Part shown: positions 21,656 through 29,138 of the stretch, one piece after another
Layout: each line of letters opens with the position of its first letter
Position numbering within the stretch: position 1 is the stretch's first letter
Assembly: GCA_016700135.1 (NCBI GenBank)
Contig: CP065004.1
Span: forward strand, 720,001 to 752,000
DNA: 32,000 nucleotides
Origin: Candidatus Saccharimonadota bacterium
GTDB taxonomy: Bacteria; Patescibacteriota; Microgenomatia; UBA1406; GWC2-37-13
Direction of reading: 5' to 3'
The notes under the pieces: generated by a model
What the model saw: the letters and a program-made list of their open reading frames with translations, nothing else
Told to the model about the DNA's origin: nothing
The model's database searches: none
Made by a program: the position numbers and the translations under genes

Positions 21656-24253
21656 ATGGAGAGAATCTCTCTTTTCAATAGAAAAATTACATTAGTTTTG
21701 ACTGTATTAAGCATACTTTTTCTTTTTCATTTTGCTGGGGTACAGAATAACGTTTGGGCCAAAACGTGTTGGGTGTCCGGTCAGGATAGTTGTAGATCTA
21801 ATTGTCAGCAACAGTTTAACTACGCATGTGATGACGGAAGTACCTATTCAGAAGTGAAAAACTGCTGCGGTTCAAACGGGGGAGGAAGCACACAGACAGC
21901 TCCGAGTGTTCCGACAGGCGTCGATTATAACTGTACGTACACTGGAAATCAGGTCACAATATCATGGGGAGCTGTATCCCGTGCGTCAAAATACGCTGTG
22001 CGGGTACAAAGAGACGGACAGTCACTTCCTGCCTGTAACGGTCAGCAAGCTGCAGGTTATGGTGGAGTCTGTAATGATAATGTTACAGGGACATCCTTTA
22101 CGATGAATGTTGATCCCGACGCTTCATATGGATATTGGTTACACGCGGTCAATAACGCAGGTTGGAGCGGTGCTGTCTCAGGACCGACCAAAATACGATG
22201 CGCACCGAATTGCTCAAATGTATCGGGACCTAACGCATTGCTTACGAACCAAACCGGAAACTATTCCGCAAATGTTGAGTCTCTGGATGGAGATTTGACC
22301 GGGCAGCTCTTTGTAAATAATTTTTCAGCAATGGGAAGTTATAACAGGCTTCCCGGTTATTCAGGTACGACGACCTATGATTGGAAACCGACGTCAGCAG
22401 GGTCATATCAGATGAACTGTCGCGCGTGGAATGATTCTCGTGTAGAGTGTCGTGCAGCCGGTGTTCCGAGAGTCAATGGGTCAGGTGTCGTAAATCCGCC
22501 AGAGCAAAGACAATGCGTGGGACCGAACACAACGAAAACCGTCCAGGTTTTTAATCCAGCCTCGGTGGCAATACTGTCACAGTCGGCAAACGGAGATATC
22601 AGTTTCCGATCAAGTTGGGGTGATAACAGGCCGAGTCGTAGTGTTAATTTGGCTAAATGTACAGATGCCAGCTGTAGAACATTAGAATCGTCATTCAGCT
22701 GTCCCTCTTCATTCTCTATATCCGGCAGTTCAAAATCCATCTCCGGTGGGTGGTGTCGTTATGAGATGACTGATACTGCAACAACGAAAGACTGGACAGT
22801 CAACGCGTATAACTCAGGCTTAACTCCGGGCACCTATGTTTTTGCGATAAATCAGGTTGTAGGAGGAGCCGGTTGTTCAGGAAATCCGATTTGTACAATG
22901 AACGGCGGAAGTGTGAACTGCGGGAGCTCATGGATTAGCTGTGGTCCAAGTGATTATGTAGCATTTGCGGCAATGAATGCTCCGACAAATACACCGACAC
23001 CGATGCCGCGAATTGATGTTGTCGATACTTCGGTTGCAGGCAACCTGCTTACGAACAATCAGCGTACGGACGGACAATGTGATTACGGGCAATGGTGCAA
23101 ATGGTCGAGAAATCAGACTTCAACCAGCACTATTCAAACCAACGGTGATTTGCGAATAGCAACACAATCTACGAATCAGGAGTATGGATCCTGTTGGATT
23201 CAATGGGTACAAAATGGCAGAGCAGACGGTAGCTTTTATCGATTGAGGGCTAATTTGAGCAGTAATTTCCCGTCTGGTAATTCGTTTTTCCAGTTTGAAA
23301 CCTCTAGTACTCAAAATATGTTGAATCCTCCCATTAATACGGGCGGAAAATCAAGTATTGACTGGGCAGGTTATCTGAACAACAGTAATTTACCCCTTAG
23401 CCTAAAATTCTGCACATGGGGAACCGGAACGGTAAATGCACAGGCAATACTACAGTCCGTTTCTTTGATAAAAACAGTGCCCACAAATACCCCAACCCCG
23501 ACAAAGACCCCTACGCCCAAGCCACCCACACCAACGAAGACCCCCACACCAAAGCCTCCGACTCCTACTCATACGCCACGTCCAACGACTCAAATCACAA
23601 TGAACACGACCGGTACGATGCCCTCAGGATGGGGATGGGAAACAGCTATTAAAAACCCGAATGACGATGCCTCACCGACGGGAAGTAGATCGTGGACAGA
23701 CAGGGGAACGACACGTACTGTGACGGTAGATTCCGGATTATCAAGTGAGTACTGGGTAAGGCTGAAACCGGTCGCAGGCTATACTTGGCAGGTCACATTC
23801 GGTACCTCGTCTGTGACAAACTCTCCGATATATTTTAGTGTGAGAGGAGTCCCGAGTGTGTCACTGACAGCAAGCTATGTGGGTCCTTCTGCAACGCCGA
23901 CGGCGATTCCTCCTACACCTACAAGCACGATTGCAGCGGCCACTCCAACACCATCTGTCCAACCTCCGACTGCTACCTCAATTCCTCCGACAAACACAGC
24001 AACCCCGCAGCCGACGGTTGACGATTGTCCGAATTTTCCTCTCGGAAATGCGACTTGTGATGCTGAAGGTGTGATTAATAATGAAGATTATATTTGTTGG
24101 AAAAATCAGTATCTGAGCAAACTCCAGGGCAATACTCCGACCGCGGTCGGCAACTGTAAGCGATTAGCTAATTTCGACAGCAGCACAGACGGGGTTGGTT
24201 TGTTGGATTTTGCAATATGGAGAATTAATGCATTGCGTCAAAGTACACAGTAA
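21656..24253 (+). CDS. large secreted protein (865 aa): signal peptide, Cys-rich head, FN3-like module, several beta-rich regions, two Pro/Thr linkers, C-terminal four-Cys dockerin-like module
   Basis: Signal peptide LVLTVLSILFLFHFAGVQNNVWA/K. The FN3-like module APSVPTGVDYNCTYTGNQVTISWGAVSRASKYAVRVQ...YGYWLHAVNNAGWS is homologous to the modules of the previous gene. PT linkers at 23480-23590 and ~23885-24015. I recognise no catalytic motif. Confidence 0.85.
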   Translation: MERISLFNRKITLVLTVLSILFLFHFAGVQNNVWAKTCWVSGQDSCRSNCQQQFNYACDDGSTYSEVKNCCGSNGGGSTQTAPSVPTGVDYNCTYTGNQVTISWGAVSRASKYAVRVQRDGQSLPACNGQQAAGYGGVCNDNVTGTSFTMNVDPDASYGYWLHAVNNAGWSGAVSGPTKIRCAPNCSNVSGPNALLTNQTGNYSANVESLDGDLTGQLFVNNFSAMGSYNRLPGYSGTTTYDWKPTSAGSYQMNCRAWNDSRVECRAAGVPRVNGSGVVNPPEQRQCVGPNTTKTVQVFNPASVAILSQSANGDISFRSSWGDNRPSRSVNLAKCTDASCRTLESSFSCPSSFSISGSSKSISGGWCRYEMTDTATTKDWTVNAYNSGLTPGTYVFAINQVVGGAGCSGNPICTMNGGSVNCGSSWISCGPSDYVAFAAMNAPTNTPTPMPRIDVVDTSVAGNLLTNNQRTDGQCDYGQWCKWSRNQTSTSTIQTNGDLRIATQSTNQEYGSCWIQWVQNGRADGSFYRLRANLSSNFPSGNSFFQFETSSTQNMLNPPINTGGKSSIDWAGYLNNSNLPLSLKFCTWGTGTVNAQAILQSVSLIKTVPTNTPTPTKTPTPKPPTPTKTPTPKPPTPTHTPRPTTQITMNTTGTMPSGWGWETAIKNPNDDASPTGSRSWTDRGTTRTVTVDSGLSSEYWVRLKPVAGYTWQVTFGTSSVTNSPIYFSVRGVPSVSLTASYVGPSATPTAIPPTPTSTIAAATPTPSVQPPTATSIPPTNTATPQPTVDDCPNFPLGNATCDAEGVINNEDYICWKNQYLSKLQGNTPTAVGNCKRLANFDSSTDGVGLLDFAIWRINALRQSTQ
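24020..24250 (+). other. dockerin-like C-terminal module with four Cys (paralog of 21412-21618)
   Basis: DDCPNFPLGNATCDAEGVINNEDYICWKNQYLS...CKRLANFDSSTDGVGLLDFAIWRINA. It has the same Cys spacing and the same CWK / LLD[YF]AIW landmarks as the previous protein. Confidence 0.55.
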
Positions 24254-24283
24254 CGCTATAAATATATTACAATCAAACTATAA

Positions 24284-26044
24284 ATGAAATCTGAATTCAT
24301 ACAATCATTACGAGGCAACTTTTTTATCAGAAAAACACTGATGATCTTTGTCGGGCTTGCTGTTGCAATCTTCCTTTTCTGGTACGTGAACACCTATATC
24401 TACAAATTTTTTGCATCAACTGATCCAGTTTCAGTCAGCATGACTCCGACTAAAGAAACAATTGACTTATCCGGCAAATCTCATGAAGAGTTCAATGTTG
24501 CATTCCAAGTGGCAAATCAGGATGTATCGGGTATGGAGTTGATACTTACGTATGATTCCAAGTATCTGCAGTACGGTAAAGAGTATGATACGACAGGAGG
24601 ATTTATACAGCCTGAAAATTTTCAGTATGATGTGCTTATTGAGGAAGTATCAGAACTTGATGAAAATACCAAGCAGGTAAAGCTTGTACTGGTTGCAACG
24701 ACTGAAATTCCTGCCACACCGAATAATTCCCGCCTTCTGAACTTCAAATTTAAAGCAATAGCCGTTGACCCTGCAGATAGCGAACGTATTGACAATGTAA
24801 TTCAGAATATCCGTCTGAATACACAGTCACAGTTTGTGGGTGCCAATAATCAGGGGGAGGCTGCACAATTCGGAAATCCTACCGAACCGGTTCTTGCATC
24901 GGTGACGATTTATCGAGGTACCGGCTCTGATCTCACTCCGACTGCGACTGTTGCACCTGATGATCCGACACCGACCGGTACAATATCTGGTCCGAGGTTT
25001 GTATTTGAACCGTCCAGTACTTCGGTGAAAAAGAATGAGACATTTAATATTAACCTTACTATCGATCCCGGATCAGAGCAGGTTGCCGGGGCAGACATTT
25101 ATCTCACATATAATGCAAATCTTCTGACTATTGATCAAGTAACAGCAGGTTCGTATTTTCCTCTCGTCAGTAATGTACCGGCGACCGGCAGAATTTACAT
25201 TTCTGCAACAGTTGCAACTCAGGGAGAGAGTAAAACCGGATCAGGTACCATTGCAACAATTACCTTCAAAGCAATTGAGACAGGAAATGCGTCTATCACA
25301 GTCGATTGTGACCCGTCAAAAACGGATACATCCCGTATCATTAAAAATGACATCGACGCTACCAATGTCTTAGTCTGTGAAGCCTTGCAGGCACACACGG
25401 TGACGATAACTGCTGCGTCTGAACCTTCACCCACACCGACCAGTGATGATGTTCCCACACCGACTCCCACAACAGGTAACTTCTCAGGTGAGAAAGCAGA
25501 TGTGCAACTTAACATGAAAGTTCGCTTTCAGGGAGTGGTCAAACAACCGAACGCCGCATTTGACCGCTTGAATGTACGTATCGATATTGAGGGTTCTCAA
25601 GGGTACAAAAACGATCAGATCGTCGAGTTTAAGGCTGACGGAAGCGGTCTTTGGAACGGTGTAATGAAGATTGAAGACGTGCCGATAGCCCAAAAATATG
25701 CCGTTTTGATCAAAGGACCCAAGCATCTTTCAAGAAAAATTTGTCAGGCAGCTCCGCGTGAAAATGTCCCCGGAACTTACAAGTGTGAAAGCGGGGGAGA
25801 TATTGAACTAAAAGAAGGAGGAAATAATCTTGATTTCAGTCAGATCGTGGTATTGGCGGGAGATATTCCGACGCAAAATCAGGTTGTCGACTCTGCCGAT
25901 ATTATTTTTATCCGTCAGAATTTCGGCAACACAAGCCCTACGGCACTGTCACGGGGAGATTTGAATCTTGACGGCATTATTGATACTCAGGATTATTCTT
26001 TGGTTATGGCAGCACTCGGGTTCAAGTACGACGAAGAGTTGTGA
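24284..26044 (+). CDS. membrane-anchored scaffoldin-like protein: N-terminal TM anchor, two cohesin-like modules, Ig-like beta module, canonical C-terminal dockerin
   Basis: TM helix LMIFVGLAVAIFLFWYVNTYIY. Cohesin-like module 1 is at ~24422-24915 (VSGMELILTYDSKYLQY...LLNFKFKAIA). Cohesin-like module 2 is at ~24986-25406 (ETFNINLTIDPGSEQVAGADIYLTYNANLLTIDQVTAG...GTIATITFKAIETGNASI). The dockerin is at 25853-26041. Confidence 0.85.
   Translation: MKSEFIQSLRGNFFIRKTLMIFVGLAVAIFLFWYVNTYIYKFFASTDPVSVSMTPTKETIDLSGKSHEEFNVAFQVANQDVSGMELILTYDSKYLQYGKEYDTTGGFIQPENFQYDVLIEEVSELDENTKQVKLVLVATTEIPATPNNSRLLNFKFKAIAVDPADSERIDNVIQNIRLNTQSQFVGANNQGEAAQFGNPTEPVLASVTIYRGTGSDLTPTATVAPDDPTPTGTISGPRFVFEPSSTSVKKNETFNINLTIDPGSEQVAGADIYLTYNANLLTIDQVTAGSYFPLVSNVPATGRIYISATVATQGESKTGSGTIATITFKAIETGNASITVDCDPSKTDTSRIIKNDIDATNVLVCEALQAHTVTITAASEPSPTPTSDDVPTPTPTTGNFSGEKADVQLNMKVRFQGVVKQPNAAFDRLNVRIDIEGSQGYKNDQIVEFKADGSGLWNGVMKIEDVPIAQKYAVLIKGPKHLSRKICQAAPRENVPGTYKCESGGDIELKEGGNNLDFSQIVVLAGDIPTQNQVVDSADIIFIRQNFGNTSPTALSRGDLNLDGIIDTQDYSLVMAALGFKYDEEL
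24986..25406 (+). other. cohesin-like module 2 of the scaffoldin-like protein
   Basis: It matches the classical cohesin layout: F.v.v.id....vaG.d..l.YD...L....v..G (beta strands 1-4), followed by G.ia.i.Fka...G...i. Confidence 0.65.
25853..26041 (+). other. canonical dockerin module
   Basis: LAGDIPTQNQVVDSADIIFIRQNFG...SRGDLNLDGIIDTQDYSLVMAALGF. The second repeat is a textbook dockerin Ca loop (D-L-N-L-D-G-I-I-D-x2-D). Confidence 0.7.
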
Positions 26045-26080
26045 TCGCAGATAGGACTATAAAATTTGCGAATTATCAGT

Positions 26081-26092
26081 TAGTATAAAACT
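26081..26092 (+). promoter_or_regulatory. -10-like TAGTAT (26081-26086) exactly 6 nt upstream of ATG 26093 (overlapping TATAAA at 26084-26089)
   Basis: Sequence is cagtTAGTATaaaactATG. Confidence 0.35.
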
Positions 26093-26767
26093 ATGGACGA
26101 AAACCAATCCTACGGGCCAGTTGATTCGGCTCAAATGATTTCAGAACCGGCACATCCGCAGCACAATTATCGTATGATATTTATCACGATTACTGTCCTT
26201 TTAATCGCTTTCGGAGGATATATCGTACTTACTAATGACGGGTTGAAAGCCCGCATGAAAGAGGCTTTGCATTTGGTCTCTCCGAAAACGGAACCTACTA
26301 CAAATAAAGAGACTCTTGAGCTTTTTGCTTCGGAAATTACCGACAGATCACAACCGTGGGTAGAAGTAAAAGCACCTGAACAGGAAGCGACTGTAGGGCA
26401 GGAAGTGGAATTGACAGTGAACGCATTTTCAGGAGGTAAGGATATCACAGGCTATGATCTGCTGATTGGTATCGATCCGTCACAGTATGAAGTAGTGAGC
26501 ATTACTTCGGAATTGCCTTCGTTCCAGATACAGGCGTTTGACCGCGGGATGTATCGTGCAGTGACCGGAATCAAAAATCTTCAGTCACAGGATCCGACAC
26601 TATTCAATGATACACCGCTGGTAAAAGTCGTTCTGGAGCCGAAAACGACAGGAGAAGGTGTTGTTACCGTACTCACAACCAAAGGCCAGGAACGTACACA
26701 GTTGGTAGATAAAGATGTTGTCATCATTGAGCCGCAGGTAGGTTCCGTTTTTATTACAACCCGTTAA
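26093..26767 (+). CDS. TM-anchored cohesin-like protein
   Basis: 224 aa. TM helix MIFITITVLLIAFGGYIVLT. The ectodomain (~26354-26764) has the cohesin-like pattern GQEVELTVNAFSGGKDITGYDLLIGIDPSQYEVVSITS...PLVKVVLEPKTTGEGVV. Confidence 0.7.
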   Translation: MDENQSYGPVDSAQMISEPAHPQHNYRMIFITITVLLIAFGGYIVLTNDGLKARMKEALHLVSPKTEPTTNKETLELFASEITDRSQPWVEVKAPEQEATVGQEVELTVNAFSGGKDITGYDLLIGIDPSQYEVVSITSELPSFQIQAFDRGMYRAVTGIKNLQSQDPTLFNDTPLVKVVLEPKTTGEGVVTVLTTKGQERTQLVDKDVVIIEPQVGSVFITTR

Positions 26768-26774
26768 ATCCATA

Positions 26775-27419
26775 ATGAATCAGGTTCTAAAACAGTCGAT
26801 ATTGGTTGCATTCAGTTTTATCACTCTGGCAGTTGTCGGGGTGGTTCATGTGGAGGCGGCTTCACTCGAATTCGACCCTGCAAGTTCTGAGATTGAAGAA
26901 GGGGAGACCTTTTCGGTAGACGTCACTATTGATGCCGGTACCAAACAGGTAGCAGGAACGGATATTTATATCACGTATGACAGCAGTATTGTATCATTGC
27001 AGTCAGTCACGGGAGGTGACTATTTCCCGCTCGTAAGTAATATTCCTACGACCGATAAACTGTACATTTCAGGAGTTATTGCCAATCAGGGTGAATACAA
27101 GACGGGTACAGGCACTGTCGCTACGCTGGTATTTAAAGGAGAGGCAGAAGGGACCACGGAGCTTAAGTTTACCTGCGATCTGACACAGACTGAGACTTCG
27201 AAGATCAATCAGAATGACATCAATGCATCAAATATAATCGACTGTAGCACACTCACCGCACACGCTGTAACGGTAGGCGGCGACGGCACTGCTGCCACAA
27301 CCAAGCCGACATCACTTCCTGCAAGCGGAGTTTATGGCGATATGATGCGATATACGGCTTTGGGCGGAGTACTTCTTGTTGCGGGTCTCGGTCTTCGTCT
27401 GATTATGAAAATAGTCTGA
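26775..27419 (+). CDS. secreted single-cohesin protein with an LPxxG-type C-terminal sorting signal
   Basis: Signal peptide ILVAFSFITLAVVGVVHVEA/AS. The cohesin-like module (~26859-27270) closely parallels 24986-25406. The C-terminus is LPASG + hydrophobic ALGGVLLVAGLGL + basic RLIMKIV. Confidence 0.8.
   Translation: MNQVLKQSILVAFSFITLAVVGVVHVEAASLEFDPASSEIEEGETFSVDVTIDAGTKQVAGTDIYITYDSSIVSLQSVTGGDYFPLVSNIPTTDKLYISGVIANQGEYKTGTGTVATLVFKGEAEGTTELKFTCDLTQTETSKINQNDINASNIIDCSTLTAHAVTVGGDGTAATTKPTSLPASGVYGDMMRYTALGGVLLVAGLGLRLIMKIV
27315..27416 (+). other. putative cell-wall sorting signal (LPASG, hydrophobic helix, basic tail)
   Basis: This is the tripartite architecture of sortase substrates, with Ser replacing the usual Thr (LPxTG). 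No sortase gene is in this window. Confidence 0.45.
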
Positions 27420-27456
27420 GTTTTCATATAATCTATTTACGCAGCATACCCTTCAA

Positions 27457-27471
27457 TGGTATTATGTATAC
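27457..27471 (+). promoter_or_regulatory. extended -10 TGgTATTAT (27457-27465) exactly 6 nt upstream of ATG 27472
   Basis: Sequence is caaTGGTATTATgtatacATG. Confidence 0.5.
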
Positions 27472-28500
27472 ATGGCTTCGCTTCAACGTCCACACTTAGG
27501 CGGATCAAAACGAAAACTGACTGTTATATTTGTAGCACTCACAACTCTTGTGGGGCTTCCGGTTCTGTTGTTTGTTATTCTGGCGATCCAGGGGTTTGTA
27601 TCCGGTGTGGGAAGCGATAAACCGGTTGATGTTATCGCCTCGGAAATCACCAAATCATCCGCAGTTATCACGTGGCATACCGATAAAAAAACGCAGGGTG
27701 TTGTGGAATACGGAACGACACCGACAGCACTCAATTCCTATGCTCCGGAAGTCGGATCATCCAAGGAGCATGAGGTGAGCCTGACGTTGTTATCTCAATC
27801 AACAACTTATTATTATCAAATACGGATAAACGGTACGACATATGATAACTCCGGCGTGCCCTGGACATTTACGACCAAGAATAAAGACGGCGAAGACGTC
27901 GCTGAGGCGATAAAAGGGATTTCAACCCGTATTGCCCGTGAAGAAGAAGCTACGGAAGAAGCGGGGATAAGCACAAGTAACTGTACCGTAACCGACTGTA
28001 ATGAAATTAAAGCAAAGCTCGGAAAAGGGTGTAGCTCGGCTGATTATTTCAAATGTATATCTCTGCAGGGGACACCCGGTACGAGTGAGTATACCGGCAA
28101 TTCCGCTTCTACACCCACACCTACTGTCGCCAAGACAATCTCGACTTCAAACTGTGCGATAAAATACCTTCAGGTTGAGCCGGGTAAAACCTGCCTGTCA
28201 TGGACATGGGATTCATTTGCCACAAAGGATCCTGATTGCCGAAAAGCGTATGATCGCTACGTGTTTCAGTGCAGCAGCAAAAGTTTTACTTCAACGAATT
28301 CTGAGCAGATCCCAACCTGGTATTACAATAACGCAATCACAAATATGACTTCAAACAGTGTCGAACTGAACAGTAAACCACCACAGGGTTCGACGGTTTA
28401 TTGTCAGGTAAGAGCAGAGGATGCAAACGGAATAACGACAGAATGGGTTGAAGCTTCAGCTGTCTGTGATTATCCACCGACGCCGACACCTACACCTTAA
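27472..28500 (+). CDS. TM-anchored surface protein: FN3 / purple-acid-phosphatase-N-like module, Cys-rich middle, second FN3-like module, ending in a PT linker
   Basis: TM helix LTVIFVALTTLVGLPVLLFVILAI. ITKSSAVITWHTDKKTQGVVEYGTTPTALNS...HEVSLTLLSQSTTYYYQIRI is a typical FN3/Pur_ac_phosph_N pattern. The protein ends ...AVCDYPPTPTPTP-stop. Confidence 0.8.
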   Translation: MASLQRPHLGGSKRKLTVIFVALTTLVGLPVLLFVILAIQGFVSGVGSDKPVDVIASEITKSSAVITWHTDKKTQGVVEYGTTPTALNSYAPEVGSSKEHEVSLTLLSQSTTYYYQIRINGTTYDNSGVPWTFTTKNKDGEDVAEAIKGISTRIAREEEATEEAGISTSNCTVTDCNEIKAKLGKGCSSADYFKCISLQGTPGTSEYTGNSASTPTPTVAKTISTSNCAIKYLQVEPGKTCLSWTWDSFATKDPDCRKAYDRYVFQCSSKSFTSTNSEQIPTWYYNNAITNMTSNSVELNSKPPQGSTVYCQVRAEDANGITTEWVEASAVCDYPPTPTPTP

Positions 28501-28502
28501 GA

Positions 28503-29138
28503 TTATGAAAGCGGGATCAGGAGTTGGTTAATAAAGCTCATCACAGGATCAAGTATCGTATGAAGCATGGATTGTCCTCCGATAGGTAAAATAAGGACAA
28601 TCAAAAATAAGAAACCGTATCTCTCAAGCTGATGCCATTCCCGTGCCTGCTGTTCATTAAGCAGTCCTTCAACGATTTTAAATCCGTCAAGTGGGTGAAC
28701 GGGAAGTAAATTGAATACCCCAAGAAGAATATTCATCTGGATGAAGACAATAAGGAGTGATCCTATAATAAAGGGAATCTCTAAACCAAAAAATGTGAAC
28801 AGATAGAGGATAACGGAACTTGCTATAGCTAATACAAAATTTGATACGGGACCCACAATAGAGATCAAAGCGGCATCCTTTCTTGCGTTGTCAAGATTGA
28901 AAGGATCGAATTGGACAGGCTTACCCCAGCCGAATCCTACCAGTAACAAAAAAATAGTACCGTATAAATCAAGATGTGCGGCCGGGTTGAGAGTCACGCG
29001 TCCCTGCAGACGGGGAGTGGGATCCCCCAGATGATCGGCCATTTTTGCATGGGCAAACTCATGAATGGTAATGGCAATTACCAGTGATACGGCGCTTAAC
29101 AGGAAGAGTATCGGGTTAGTGAGCAATAAAGTAAGCAT
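28503..29138 (-). CDS. M50 family (site-2 protease-like) zinc metalloprotease
   Basis: 211-aa polytopic membrane protein. HEFAH (HExxH) lies in the first TM helix, and NLLPVHPLDG matches the NxxPxxxLDG motif of S2P/SpoIVFB-type proteases. Confidence 0.85.
   Translation of the reverse strand: MLTLLLTNPILFLLSAVSLVIAITIHEFAHAKMADHLGDPTPRLQGRVTLNPAAHLDLYGTIFLLLVGFGWGKPVQFDPFNLDNARKDAALISIVGPVSNFVLAIASSVILYLFTFFGLEIPFIIGSLLIVFIQMNILLGVFNLLPVHPLDGFKIVEGLLNEQQAREWHQLERYGFLFLIVLILPIGGQSMLHTILDPVMSFINQLLIPLS

Noticed and set aside
21349-21714. 121-aa minus-strand ORF spanning the junction of the first two surface-protein genes.
   Set aside because: It is antisense to two well-supported secreted-protein genes and their intergenic promoter. 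It has no signal or motif.
23480-24015. Pro/Thr-coding repetitive DNA as a CRISPR array or a non-coding tandem repeat.
   Set aside because: The repeats are in frame within a long ORF and encode PT linkers. They have synonymous variation and no repeat-spacer periodicity.
20539-28500. Interpreting the cohesin/dockerin locus as a classical plant-cell-wall-degrading cellulosome.
   Set aside because: I recognise no glycoside hydrolase, carbohydrate esterase, lyase or CBM signature in any dockerin-bearing subunit. The subunits are FN3/Ig-like and Cys-rich instead.
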